Below, piece by piece: positions 9,511 through 19,838 of a stretch of 48,774 nucleotides of DNA. The stretch is from NCBI GenBank assembly GCA_041571435.1, contig JBFFUI010000013.1:1-48774 (forward strand), written 5' to 3'. Both the position numbers and the translations under genes were made by a program. The DNA is from Sulfurimonadaceae bacterium (GTDB lineage: Bacteria; Campylobacterota; Campylobacteria; Campylobacterales; Sulfurimonadaceae). The notes under the pieces are model-generated. The model did not search any database. It saw nothing but the letters and a program-made list of their open reading frames with translations, and had not been told where the DNA came from. Position 1 is the first letter of the stretch. Every line of letters starts with the position of its first letter.

Positions 9511-11139
9511 ATGACAAAATATATCTTTGTAACCGGCGGGGTACTTAGTTCTTTAGGCAAGGGTATCACTGCTGCAAGTATCGGTACACTCCTCAAACAT
9601 GCAGGTAAAGATGTAGGTATGTTGAAAATCGATCCTTACATCAATGTCGACCCCGGAACGATGAGCCCCCTTGAGCATGGTGAAGTCTTTGTCACAAAAG
9701 ACGGAGGTGAGACCGACCTTGACATCGGTAACTATGAGCGTTTCCTGGACAAGTCATTTTTAAAGACAAGCAATTTTACAACCGGGCAGGTTTATCAATC
9801 TGTCATTGATAAAGAGCGTGCCGGAGGTTACCTTGGCCAGACGATCCAAGTCGTTCCGCACATCGTCGGCGAGATCGTCGACCGTATCAAAAAAGCGGGT
9901 GAAGGTCACGACATCCTTGTCGTAGAGCTTGGCGGTACTGTAGGGGATATCGAGGGTCTGCCGTTTATGGAAGCGATCCGTCAAATGAAACATGACGACG
10001 AAGTTGCCGGTACCTTCTTTATCCACGTGACGCTGATCCCTTTCATCAAAGTTGCCGGTGAGTACAAGTCAAAACCGACGCAGCACTCGGTCCAGGAACT
10101 TCGCCGTATCGGTATTACCCCGCAGATGATCATTGCCCGTAGTGAAAATGACCTGCCAAAATCATTCAAAAAGAAACTTGCACTCTCTTGTGACGTCAAA
10201 CAAGACAGTGTTATTCTGGCACTTGATGCACCGACCGTCTATGCTGTTCCTATCAGTTTTATGCAGCAGAACATCCTCTCTCCGATCGCGAAAGAGCTGG
10301 AGCTGGGTGACATCGTACCGGATATCGAACAGTGGGACTCTTTAGTCAAAAAGATCGTCTCTCCGACTAAACGTACTGTTGTCGGATTTGTCGGTAAATA
10401 CCTCGAATTAAAAGAGTCTTACAAGTCGCTCATCGAATCCCTTATCCACTCCGGTGCACACCTTGACACCAAAGTCGAGATCTGCTGGGTCGACAGTGAA
10501 AAGATCGAAGAGGTCGGCGCCGAAGAGTTGCTTAAAGACTGCGATTCTATCCTGGTTGCCGGTGGTTTTGGAAACCGTGGTGTTGAAGGCAAGATCAAGG
10601 CGATTGAATATGCCCGTATCCGTAATGTTCCTTATCTCGGTATCTGTCTGGGAATGCAGCTAACACTGGTCGAATATGCCCGCAATGTCCTGGGTCTCGA
10701 AGATGCCAACTCTGTCGAGTTCGATCCGGATACCAAGAATCCCATGATCTACCTGATCGATGAATTCATCAATCAGTCCGGCGACACTGAACTTCGAACA
10801 CACACCTCTCCGATGGGCGGAACACTTCGTCTTGGAGAGTACCCGTGTGAGACCAAAGAAGGATCAATCATCCGCGAAGCCTACAATGGCGAAAAACTGA
10901 TCTTTGAACGTCACCGCCACCGTTACGAAGCAAACCCTGCCTACAGAGAAGAACTTGAAAAGGCCGGTATGATCGTTACTGGTGAGTCCAATGGTCTCAT
11001 CGAAACTGTTGAGATCCCTTCGCACAAATGGTTCCTTGGGGTTCAGTTCCACCCTGAGTTCACGTCGCGCCTTCAGACGCCAAATCCTTCAATATTGGCA
11101 TTTGTGAAGGCATCGCTAGCGGCTACGGAGTCACACTAA
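9511..11139 (+). CDS. pyrG: CTP synthase
   Basis: TKYIFVTGGVLSSLGKG, GICLGMQ, ERHRHRYE, QFHPEF; TATAAT at 9480-9485. Confidence 0.98.
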   Translation: MTKYIFVTGGVLSSLGKGITAASIGTLLKHAGKDVGMLKIDPYINVDPGTMSPLEHGEVFVTKDGGETDLDIGNYERFLDKSFLKTSNFTTGQVYQSVIDKERAGGYLGQTIQVVPHIVGEIVDRIKKAGEGHDILVVELGGTVGDIEGLPFMEAIRQMKHDDEVAGTFFIHVTLIPFIKVAGEYKSKPTQHSVQELRRIGITPQMIIARSENDLPKSFKKKLALSCDVKQDSVILALDAPTVYAVPISFMQQNILSPIAKELELGDIVPDIEQWDSLVKKIVSPTKRTVVGFVGKYLELKESYKSLIESLIHSGAHLDTKVEICWVDSEKIEEVGAEELLKDCDSILVAGGFGNRGVEGKIKAIEYARIRNVPYLGICLGMQLTLVEYARNVLGLEDANSVEFDPDTKNPMIYLIDEFINQSGDTELRTHTSPMGGTLRLGEYPCETKEGSIIREAYNGEKLIFERHRHRYEANPAYREELEKAGMIVTGESNGLIETVEIPSHKWFLGVQFHPEFTSRLQTPNPSILAFVKASLAATESH

Positions 11140-11239
11140 GCGAAAACGGTCTCTTGCTATGCCGGTATGACGTTTTTGACGCTAGAGAACGCCTATGCTG
11201 TGAGTGCACGCCGCTTTTACTACGTCTAAGGTCAATCTC

Positions 11240-12838
11240 ATGATTCAAGTTCCAAACGTTCCCACTCTTGACCTAGATGCGCTGAAACGCAAACTGGACG
11301 AACGTTTTTCAGACGGATTTTCCAAGCTCTCCGACATCCCTGATCCCTCTCTATTGCTTAACGCGCCCAAAGCTGCCAAACGCATCGCTGATGCCGTTCG
11401 CAACACAGAGCGCATTGCGCTTGTAGGCGACTATGACGTCGATGGTGTTACTGCGACTGCCTTGACGACCCTCTTTTTCAGAGAGCTGGGCTACCACCTG
11501 GATGTGATCATTCCCAACCGCTTTGTCGATGGGTATGGTGTCTCGCCATCTGTACTGGAACGCATCGATGCAGACCTGATCTTTACCGTGGACAACGGCA
11601 TCAATGCTTTTGCAGCTGCAGAGGTCTGTAAAGCACGCGGTATCGATCTTATCATCACGGACCACCATACCCCTTCCGACACACTCCCAGATGTCTACAC
11701 CATCGTCGACCCCAAGCTTGCTGAGGACACCTACCCCTTTAAAGAGATCTGCGGAGCACAGGTCGCCTGGCTGGTGCTTGTACTGGTCAAGAAAGAGCTC
11801 AACCTGACGATCGATATGGGGCAATACCTTCCGATGCTTGCACTTGCCGTTGTAGCAGACGTCATGCCGCTTATCGGCATTAACCGTGCCATCGTCCAGC
11901 ACGGTCTTAAGAAGATGATGACAAGCACGATGCCCGCTTTTATTATTATCAGAGAATACCTTGAAAAATCGGTGCTGAGTGCTGAAGACATCGGCTTTCA
12001 GATCGCCCCCCGCATCAATTCTGCCGGACGGCTTGAAGATGCCTCGATCGCACTGGAATTTCTGACGGCAGATAACCCGGAAAAGGCCTTTAAACAGTTT
12101 GAACTGCTCAATCAGCTCAACGACCTTCGAAAAGCGATCGAAGCCGATGTGACTGAAGAGGCGATCGCCCAGGTCCAAGAGGGCGACGATGTTCTTGTTG
12201 TGGTCGGTGAGGATTGGAACGAAGGGGTCGTCGGTATCGTTGCCTCGCGTTTGGTCCACCGTTTCGGCCGTCCGGCCATCGTCTTAAGCGTTTCAGAGGG
12301 GCGGGCAAAAGGAAGTGCTCGAAGTATCGGCAGTGTCAGTATCTATACCCTAATCAAATCACAGGAAGAGTTGCTTGAAGGGTTTGGCGGGCATATGATG
12401 GCCGCAGGACTATCGATGCCCCTGGAGCATATCGCGGCATTTAAAGAGGGTATCAATACTCTGGCTGCCACTCTGGACCCCAATGCGTTCATACCGCAAG
12501 AAGAGCTCATCGGTGAACTGACACCGGAGACCATCGGCATTAACCTCTTGACCCTGCTTGATGCGTATGAGCCCTTTGGTGAAGCCAATCCTCGTCCCCG
12601 TTTCCTGGCCAAAGATGCTTATGTTGAGAGTGTCAGCTATATGGGCAAAGAACGCGATCATAGCCGTATCGCCATCCAACTCGAGGGGGGCATTCAAAAA
12701 CATGACCTTATTGCCTTTAAACAGCGCTACAAAATGGAAGCCAATCGCCGTTTGAGCTGCAGCTATACTATCAGTAAAAACGAGTGGAAGGGTAATATCT
12801 CTTTGCAGATGATGCTGGATAAGTTCTACACCAGCTAA
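11240..12838 (+). CDS. recJ: Single-stranded DNA exonuclease RecJ
   Basis: GDYDVDG, TVDNG, TDHH, APRINSAGRL, GGH motifs; start uncertain (11204 GTG or 11240 ATG). Confidence 0.95.
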   Translation: MIQVPNVPTLDLDALKRKLDERFSDGFSKLSDIPDPSLLLNAPKAAKRIADAVRNTERIALVGDYDVDGVTATALTTLFFRELGYHLDVIIPNRFVDGYGVSPSVLERIDADLIFTVDNGINAFAAAEVCKARGIDLIITDHHTPSDTLPDVYTIVDPKLAEDTYPFKEICGAQVAWLVLVLVKKELNLTIDMGQYLPMLALAVVADVMPLIGINRAIVQHGLKKMMTSTMPAFIIIREYLEKSVLSAEDIGFQIAPRINSAGRLEDASIALEFLTADNPEKAFKQFELLNQLNDLRKAIEADVTEEAIAQVQEGDDVLVVVGEDWNEGVVGIVASRLVHRFGRPAIVLSVSEGRAKGSARSIGSVSIYTLIKSQEELLEGFGGHMMAAGLSMPLEHIAAFKEGINTLAATLDPNAFIPQEELIGELTPETIGINLLTLLDAYEPFGEANPRPRFLAKDAYVESVSYMGKERDHSRIAIQLEGGIQKHDLIAFKQRYKMEANRRLSCSYTISKNEWKGNISLQMMLDKFYTS

Positions 12839-12876
12839 ACAGTAGCAACGTTCAGGCAGACTCTTTGCAGAAGTGC

Positions 12877-13185
12877 CTAATCCAGCAGTGCCTTTATCTC
12901 AGTGATCCGCTCAGCCGTCGAACCCTCTTGTCGCAACTCATTAAGCTTCTCTGCGACCATACTGTTGCCCATATTCAAAAACAGCCCCTTCAGAGCATGT
13001 AGAGAGAGGTTAAGCGCATCTATATCGATCTGCTCGCTCTCCAACAGTGCCTGCAGTTTGCTCAACTCTTTAGTGAGGTCACGTTTTCCGGCAGCAAGCA
13101 GTGCTGTAATCTGCTCATCTTCAAAGCCAAAAGCCTGAAAATGCTTACGAGCGATCTCCGCTGTATCGTTAATAAGTTTTTCCAA
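12877..13185 (-). CDS. Free-standing Hpt (histidine phosphotransfer) protein
   Basis: Helical 102 aa protein with LHALKG motif; TTG start after AAGGGG. Confidence 0.75.
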   Translation of the reverse strand: MEKLINDTAEIARKHFQAFGFEDEQITALLAAGKRDLTKELSKLQALLESEQIDIDALNLSLHALKGLFLNMGNSMVAEKLNELRQEGSTAERITEIKALLD

Positions 13186-13384
13186 CTGTCACCCCTTCAT
13201 TATCTCACTGTTCATTTCTTATAGTATAAACTATCCAACTGAATATTTACACTACATCATATAATTCAAAATTATACCAAGCTCAACTGTGTATAATTAG
13301 ACAATATCTATGTATCGAAAGCAAGCATTTTCAAAGAGTTAATGCTATATATTTATGTCAGATATTAAAAAGTACGAGGTCATT

Positions 13385-14023
13385 ATGATTAAAATTGCTA
13401 TCGCTGATGACCACGAAATTGTCCGAAGCGGACTCATGATGCTTATCCAGCAACAGGAAAATATGGAAGTAGAGGCTCAGGCATCTTCCTATGAAGAGCT
13501 TATTAATCTTCTGGAAAAAGAGGCCTATGATCTTTTGATTCTGGATCTGAACCTCGGAGACAAAAACGGTCTTGAGTCGATCGAGAATGTCAGCAACCTC
13601 TTTCCCGACCTGCCTATTCTGGTCTTAAGTACCTATCCTGAAGACCCTTATGCCGTTCAGACATTCAAAGCCGGAGCTTCCGGTTATCTCAATAAAAAAG
13701 TGATCTCGGCCGAATTGAGTACAGCCATCCAGAAGATCACATCAGGCAAAAAATATATCAGCGAATCGCTTGCCGAGAACCTTGCATACGGGTTCAGCCT
13801 TGAAAAAACCAGCAAAAATCCGGTTGAGCTGCTTTCAAAACGTGAGTTTGAGATCCTGTCCCTCATCGCTTCCGGCTATGCCTATAAAGAGATCGCACAA
13901 AAACTTGACCTCAGCCCAAAAACCGTCTCGACCTATCGCTCGCGTATATTGGAAAAACTGAACCTCACCAATACCACGCAGCTTTTGCGTTTTGCCTATG
14001 AGCACCAGATAACGAGTTACTAA
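13385..14023 (+). CDS. NarL/LuxR-family response regulator, UvrY/GacA-like
   Basis: IADDHEIVRSG receiver with LILD, HTH LSKREFEIL...LSPKTVSTYRSRILEKL; alternative start at 13355. Confidence 0.92.
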   Translation: MIKIAIADDHEIVRSGLMMLIQQQENMEVEAQASSYEELINLLEKEAYDLLILDLNLGDKNGLESIENVSNLFPDLPILVLSTYPEDPYAVQTFKAGASGYLNKKVISAELSTAIQKITSGKKYISESLAENLAYGFSLEKTSKNPVELLSKREFEILSLIASGYAYKEIAQKLDLSPKTVSTYRSRILEKLNLTNTTQLLRFAYEHQITSY

Positions 14024-14066
14024 CAGACTGTTAGCCACTGTCACACCATATGTGCCAGTGTCTGTT

Positions 14067-16067
14067 CTAGGACAATGTCTCTCCAAGACGGTTGAGCGTT
14101 ATTCTAAACAGGGCACCGTTATTGGTATTGTAAGCACGCAATTTTCCTCCGCAGTGCTCTTCTACAATCAGCTTGGACATATAGAGACCAAGCCCCGTCC
14201 CGTTATGCTCATCTTTGGTCGTAAAGTAGGGATCGAAGATCTTGTCTAAGATCGATTCATCAATGCCTCCGGCATTGTCCTCTATCTCCAGTATCTCACT
14301 CTCCTTATCCGAATAACATCGGATCGTTATAGTCGGGTCTTTTACCTTTTTCTCCAGCAGTGCATCCTCCGCATTTTTCATCAGATTCATCGTTACCTGC
14401 AGAAGCTCGTTAGTATAGGCGAACATCTTTTCTGTACTGGCAAATTCTGTCTTCACTATGATATTTTCTCTTTCCAGCCCGATGGAAACAATACGCAGCA
14501 CATTGTTGATGATATCAGAGAACATAGTCTCCTCTTTTCCTTTATCCGGTTTAAAGAAGTTTCTGAAATCGTCAATAGTAGACGAGAGATGCAGCACATA
14601 ATCGGATATACGTTCCAGTCTGCTTTCAAAAAACAGTTCATCGTACTGTTTCTTCTTCACTTTTGCGTGCAGTGCGCTTACGGTCAAAGAGATCGCATTA
14701 AGCGGTTGTCGCCACTGATGTGCGATCATACTCATCATCTCCCCCATCTGTGCCAAACGCGACTGCTGTAGAAGCTGCTTCTCTTTGTTTCTATTTTTTT
14801 CGATCTCCTCTTCAACCCTTGTCTCCAGAGTGCTGTTGATCTTTTCCAACTCATAGGACGTTTCTGCGATCAGACGAGCCAATGCCTTTAGTGTCTGGTT
14901 CTCTTTTGCTTTGGTACGCGAGTCATCTTCCTGCAATTGCGGTTTTACGGCATGTTCCGACTCACTTAGACTCAGTACCGTCATTGTCTGGTTAAGTACC
15001 TCATTTTTTGTTGCACACCGGTTTGAAAAGAACTCCCCGTACGTAAAAAAACCGCTCGTGGGGGCGATCCTGCCAAGAGAGTGGATCTCGAATGCGATAT
15101 TACTCCCCACCAGGGTCTTTCTGGCCATGCAGGAGTAGATAAAAATTGATTCGCTAGCGGCAGAGCTAACGCTCCTGCACATCTCATTCTCTCCCTGAAT
15201 AATGGTCTCTATATTGCCGTATCCGAATGTCACCTGATCACCAACACTGACATTTCCTGCAAATACCAGAGAACCGTTTTCCCCTTTTGCGATCATTGCT
15301 CTGGCGATATTCAGCCCCTCTCGTTTTATAAGCAGTGGAAACTCCAGTGCAGACCTTGGGAGGTCTGCAACGATCTCATCGCCCAGATATTTTGCATACA
15401 GATCAACCGCTTTCATGTTGTCGATCTCATAAACGGTATTCCCTTTTGCCTTTGTTATCGTTAAGGTTTTGCCGATATTGACCCAGCCGAGGTTTGCCCC
15501 GGTATTGACAAGCAGATCTTCATTGTATAGAGCTGCCACGACAGCACCGTTGGTCAGTACTTCATTCTCGGTAAAGACGATCGTCTGCTCAAATGCCCCG
15601 TTATCACCTGCCAATCCGCCTGCGACGATCAAACTGTTGTCATATTCACTGAAAGCCTGCAGATAGGCCTCACCTTCAATACGCAGACCATCCGCAAAGC
15701 TAATAACAACTTTTGGTTTTCGCTCCCGGTCAAATTGCGTAATGAGACGTTGTGTTGTTGCGTAACTGTCTTCTAAATTTACGGTGCTGTACGTCGCAAC
15801 CACAGTCTCATCGAACATACTAAACGACAGTATCGTTGCTGTTTCCGTGACTTCACCGTCGATGATCTCGCCCGAAGTCGTGGTACCGATGATGTTGATA
15901 TGCGGTATCAGCCCTTTGATCGTTGCTACCAGATGGGTTATAAAGTCAACCTCACATCTCCCGGTAAAGATCTGCAATAAAATATTCTGCTGCTGTACAA
16001 TTCCATTCTCCTCAATAAACTCTTTTAGCGTATCATCGTCTTGATAACGTTTATTTACTGTTTTCAT
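14067..16067 (-). CDS. Cytoplasmic FIST-domain sensor histidine kinase
   Basis: FIST motifs GTTTSGEI, GGLAGD, YSCMAR, GFFTYGE; H-box IAHQWRQPL; HATPase DNAGGI, FTTK, GTGLGL. Confidence 0.9.
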   Translation of the reverse strand: MKTVNKRYQDDDTLKEFIEENGIVQQQNILLQIFTGRCEVDFITHLVATIKGLIPHINIIGTTTSGEIIDGEVTETATILSFSMFDETVVATYSTVNLEDSYATTQRLITQFDRERKPKVVISFADGLRIEGEAYLQAFSEYDNSLIVAGGLAGDNGAFEQTIVFTENEVLTNGAVVAALYNEDLLVNTGANLGWVNIGKTLTITKAKGNTVYEIDNMKAVDLYAKYLGDEIVADLPRSALEFPLLIKREGLNIARAMIAKGENGSLVFAGNVSVGDQVTFGYGNIETIIQGENEMCRSVSSAASESIFIYSCMARKTLVGSNIAFEIHSLGRIAPTSGFFTYGEFFSNRCATKNEVLNQTMTVLSLSESEHAVKPQLQEDDSRTKAKENQTLKALARLIAETSYELEKINSTLETRVEEEIEKNRNKEKQLLQQSRLAQMGEMMSMIAHQWRQPLNAISLTVSALHAKVKKKQYDELFFESRLERISDYVLHLSSTIDDFRNFFKPDKGKEETMFSDIINNVLRIVSIGLERENIIVKTEFASTEKMFAYTNELLQVTMNLMKNAEDALLEKKVKDPTITIRCYSDKESEILEIEDNAGGIDESILDKIFDPYFTTKDEHNGTGLGLYMSKLIVEEHCGGKLRAYNTNNGALFRITLNRLGETLS

Positions 16068-19000
16068 CTCTTTTATCCATAATTATTCTGAAGCATGCGC
16101 CTTTTGCGCTGTTGGCGACACTCAGCGTGCCCTCACAATGCTCCTGTATGATGACCTTTGACATATAGAGCCCCAGTCCCGTTCCGTTGTGTTGCTCTTT
16201 GGTCGTGAAATAGGGGTCGAAGATCTTGTCCAAGATCGATTCGTCAATACCCCCGGCATTATCCTCTATCTCCAGGATTGACTTCTCCTTGTCGTCATAA
16301 CATCGTATTGTTATGAGCGGCTCTTTCGTCTTGTTCTGTACCAGTACATCCTCGGCGTTTTTGATCAAGTTCAAAACGACCTGAAGAAGTTCATTGGTAT
16401 AGGTCATCATCCTTGCCTTGCTATCACACTCTTTCTGCACCGTGATGCTATTGCTTTCCAGCCCGGGCTTGAGAAACCCTAATGCATCATCTACGATTTC
16501 AGAAAACGAGATCTCCTGTTTTTCCTTATCAGGTTTGAAAAAGTTTCGGAAGTCTTCGATTGTGTCTGAGAGATGCTGCACATAGGCCGATATCCGTTCG
16601 AGTCTGCTTTCAAAAAATGCTTTGTCGTATTTTCCCTCGCTAACCTTGTGTGTCATTGTCGCGGTTGTCATAGAGATGGCATTAAGAGGCTGACGCCACT
16701 GATGTGCGATCATACTGATCATCTCCCCCATCTGTGCCAGACGTGACTGCCTGAACATCATCTTGTCTCTATGCCGGAGTGCTTCTTGCGCCATATATTC
16801 AGCGGTGATATCTTGAATAGTACCCATCGAAACCAAGGGTGTACCCTCTTCATCAAAGCGTGTCTCACAATGTTCCTTGACATACTTGATACGCCCATCA
16901 GCCATCATGAGCCGGTGTATGATTTCGTAAGGTTCTCGTGTGTCTAAGCTCTTAAGATAGGCGCCGTTGACCGTTTCTCTGTCGTCGGGATGAATGGCTA
17001 TGAGAAAATTCTCATAGGTGGCCATATCGGCTGTATGGGGAAGTTCAAAGATGTTATATGTCTCATCGCTCCACAGCAGTTTGTCGTTTTCGATGTCAAG
17101 CTGCCATGAACCGAGCTTCGCCTGTGCCTGTGCTTTTTTCAGGCCGCCGATCGCCTCTTCGATCTTTGACTCCAGCGAGTCGTTGAACTCACTGAGCTTT
17201 GTCGTAAGATTGATCTCCGCCGAGATGTCTGTATCTGTACCGACCAGGCGAATAGCCTTGCCGTTGTCATTATAGAGCGCTTTGCCTCGATCATATATCC
17301 ATATCCAATGCCCGTCTTTATGGCGGAGGCGGTATTTGGCCTCATACACGTCTGTTTCCCCATCAAGCGTGCACTGCACAGCTCTGTCAACTATCCCTTT
17401 ATCATCGGGGTGGACCCGTTCCAGCCAGGTGCTGGAATCATTGTCAAGCTCATCATCCATATAGCCCAGCATCTCTTTCCAGCGCGGCGAGAAGTAGAGC
17501 GTATCATTTGCAATGTCCCAGTCCCAAAGACCGTCACGGCTCCCGCTTAATGCCAATTCCACCTGTCTTTGAAGAGCCGCATTATCATCCTCAAGCTTTT
17601 TTTGTTCCGTAATGTCTCTCCAGAGAACATGGAGAAGCTTTTTGTTGTCAAGAACGATCGGTGTCAACGTGACCTCAACCCAAAACGCTTCACCCGTCGC
17701 TTTCACATGCACCCACTCAAAACGGTTGACCCCTCTTTCAAAAGCGAGGGTCATCATCTCCTCCGCTTTTTCAGATGAACGTCTGCCGTCGGGTTGATAT
17801 TTTGGGGAGAGTGCTGCCGGGGAGAGGTGTAAAAGTTCCTCTTTGTTAGCGTACTTAAGCATCTTCACGATCGCCTGGTTACAGTCCGTAAAAAGACCGT
17901 TGTCCAACAAGAGCACACCGTCGGTAGTGCTGTTGAAAATCAGCTCATATACACTCTTCTGCTCTTTTAGCTTCGCCTGCTGTCTGCGTATTTGCACATT
18001 TGCCGCTTGCAATTTTTTGTTCTGTCTCTTCAGTATAAAGTGACGGAAAAGAAGTATAAAAAACCCGAACATTGTGCCGATCAGTATATTCCTGAGCAGA
18101 CTATAGTCAAACGGCTTTTCATTGTTCACACGGGTCCAGCTGTTTATGATCTCCTTTTTCTTTTTTGGGTCAAGTGCGTCGATCGCCTTGTTTACGATCT
18201 CCGTTAAGATCGGCTCGGCCTTCTGCACACCGAAACTGCCATACAGATTAATGTCTGTAAACTGACTAATGATCTTCAGCTCTTTGGGATAATGTCGGCT
18301 GATCCCAGATGTGATCGGCAGTATGCTTCCCAGGTAGGCATCGACACTGCCTTCAGCTACCTTCTTCAGACCCTCCTGCAGATCAGCTACATACACCAGC
18401 TCCATGTCGGGATAGTTGGATCGAATATAGTCTGTATGACTATCGCTGTCTTTGTATATGGCGACTTTGAGATGCCCCGTATTGGCAATATCCGATATGA
18501 ACGGTTTCTCAACTGTTGCAGCCAAAGCCAGATGATCTGCTATCACCGACTTGGTAGGTGTCAGATGCGGATAATAGTTTGGTGCTGCCGAAACAGGCAC
18601 GGCAATGTCGACCTCGTGCGCTTTGGTCCGTGCGATACAGTCTGCCCAGTTTTCTGTGCGGACAAATTCAAAAGGAATCCCTATAATGTTCTCGTACTCT
18701 TTGACAAGGTCGACAATCAATCCTTCAGGATGAATACCGCTAAAGTCGATATAGGGACGCCACAGACGCTGGCCGCAAACGGTGACCTTCCCTTTTTCTT
18801 GCAGAAATGCCCGCTCTTCTTTCGTAAACAGTTCGGCAGCCTTTCGATCGTCTTTCAACATAAATGCTTCAAGATCAATGCTGTTTTTGACCAATCCGAT
18901 CTTTGTATACGCTTCGTAGATCTTCTGCATGTTTTTACTGTTGATAGCGCCGATTTTTCCGGTTTTGTAATAGGCCAGTTTTTTAAGTGCTTGCGCTTCA

Positions 19001-19785
19001 TAGATAAGCTCTTCGCGTGTTTTTCCCTGCGTATTGTATTTTTCCAGGATCACGCCGACCGTTTCGTCAATGTGTCTGAAAGCGTATCCCCATCCTTTCA
19101 GCGACGCGTCTTTAAATGCGACAGCGCGCTGCGGATGACTCTCTACCTCATCTTGACTGCTGAAAAGAAGATCACTGTAAAAACTGAATCCGTAGTCTTT
19201 GGGATGAAACAGTCTGTATCGGACACCGCGTTTGTCCAACTGATACGTTTCATTGGTGTTATAGACGATGATGGCATCGGCATGGCCTTTGATAAGAACG
19301 TCAATATCCGACTCTTCATGTCTGTGTCGTCGCTGACTTAGTGTGATGTTCTGTGCATCCAACAGGCCGCGAATGGCCACGGAGTCGCCTAACGTCCCTG
19401 AGACATCAAAGTGTTTTCCGTCCAGATCCTCGATAGTCTGGATATCCGGACGCTCTTTTGTCACAATGACAATAGGCGACGCTTGAAGGATCGCGGCGAG
19501 AACAACCACTTTTTTCCCCTGCGACCAATCGACGATGAGGGAGGCCTCGCCTGTTGCATATTGGGCCTCATGGCTTAAGACGCTCTCGACGACATCACGT
19601 GAGAAATCGATCTCCCTGATCTCGACATCAAGTCCCGCCTCTTTATAAAACCCTTTTTCTTTGGCCATATAGTAGCCTGCGAATTGAAACTGATGGTACC
19701 ATTTGAGCTGTAAGGTGACTTTATCAAGATCATCTGTCGAAAAAAGGTGGCTGGCCAGCAGCACCATCACTATGATATATCTCAC
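16051..19785 (-). CDS. Membrane sensor histidine kinase: NMT1/THI5-like SBP + family-3 SBP + TM + 3 PAS + HisKA/HATPase
   Basis: LQLKWYHQFQFAGYY, FTKEERAFL, TM segment, PAS repeats (WDWD...HPDD), IAHQWRQPL; GTG start. Confidence 0.9.
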   Translation of the reverse strand: MRYIIVMVLLASHLFSTDDLDKVTLQLKWYHQFQFAGYYMAKEKGFYKEAGLDVEIREIDFSRDVVESVLSHEAQYATGEASLIVDWSQGKKVVVLAAILQASPIVIVTKERPDIQTIEDLDGKHFDVSGTLGDSVAIRGLLDAQNITLSQRRHRHEESDIDVLIKGHADAIIVYNTNETYQLDKRGVRYRLFHPKDYGFSFYSDLLFSSQDEVESHPQRAVAFKDASLKGWGYAFRHIDETVGVILEKYNTQGKTREELIYEAQALKKLAYYKTGKIGAINSKNMQKIYEAYTKIGLVKNSIDLEAFMLKDDRKAAELFTKEERAFLQEKGKVTVCGQRLWRPYIDFSGIHPEGLIVDLVKEYENIIGIPFEFVRTENWADCIARTKAHEVDIAVPVSAAPNYYPHLTPTKSVIADHLALAATVEKPFISDIANTGHLKVAIYKDSDSHTDYIRSNYPDMELVYVADLQEGLKKVAEGSVDAYLGSILPITSGISRHYPKELKIISQFTDINLYGSFGVQKAEPILTEIVNKAIDALDPKKKKEIINSWTRVNNEKPFDYSLLRNILIGTMFGFFILLFRHFILKRQNKKLQAANVQIRRQQAKLKEQKSVYELIFNSTTDGVLLLDNGLFTDCNQAIVKMLKYANKEELLHLSPAALSPKYQPDGRRSSEKAEEMMTLAFERGVNRFEWVHVKATGEAFWVEVTLTPIVLDNKKLLHVLWRDITEQKKLEDDNAALQRQVELALSGSRDGLWDWDIANDTLYFSPRWKEMLGYMDDELDNDSSTWLERVHPDDKGIVDRAVQCTLDGETDVYEAKYRLRHKDGHWIWIYDRGKALYNDNGKAIRLVGTDTDISAEINLTTKLSEFNDSLESKIEEAIGGLKKAQAQAKLGSWQLDIENDKLLWSDETYNIFELPHTADMATYENFLIAIHPDDRETVNGAYLKSLDTREPYEIIHRLMMADGRIKYVKEHCETRFDEEGTPLVSMGTIQDITAEYMAQEALRHRDKMMFRQSRLAQMGEMISMIAHQWRQPLNAISMTTATMTHKVSEGKYDKAFFESRLERISAYVQHLSDTIEDFRNFFKPDKEKQEISFSEIVDDALGFLKPGLESNSITVQKECDSKARMMTYTNELLQVVLNLIKNAEDVLVQNKTKEPLITIRCYDDKEKSILEIEDNAGGIDESILDKIFDPYFTTKEQHNGTGLGLYMSKVIIQEHCEGTLSVANSAKGACFRIIMDKRDENSK

Positions 19786-19838
19786 ACTCGTTCCTTATAT
19801 GCGCGTCTCTAGTCCTGGCTGCACGGCAGACTGTTTCG

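Noticed and set aside
11351-12259. 302-aa minus-strand ORF
   Set aside because: Antisense shadow of recJ
13186-13384. Island box in the Hpt/regulator divergent promoter
   Set aside because: Only a partial CTACA half-site, so direct autoregulation is unsupported
18292-19341. 349-aa plus-strand ORF
   Set aside because: Antisense shadow of the 1244-aa kinase with no recognisable motifs
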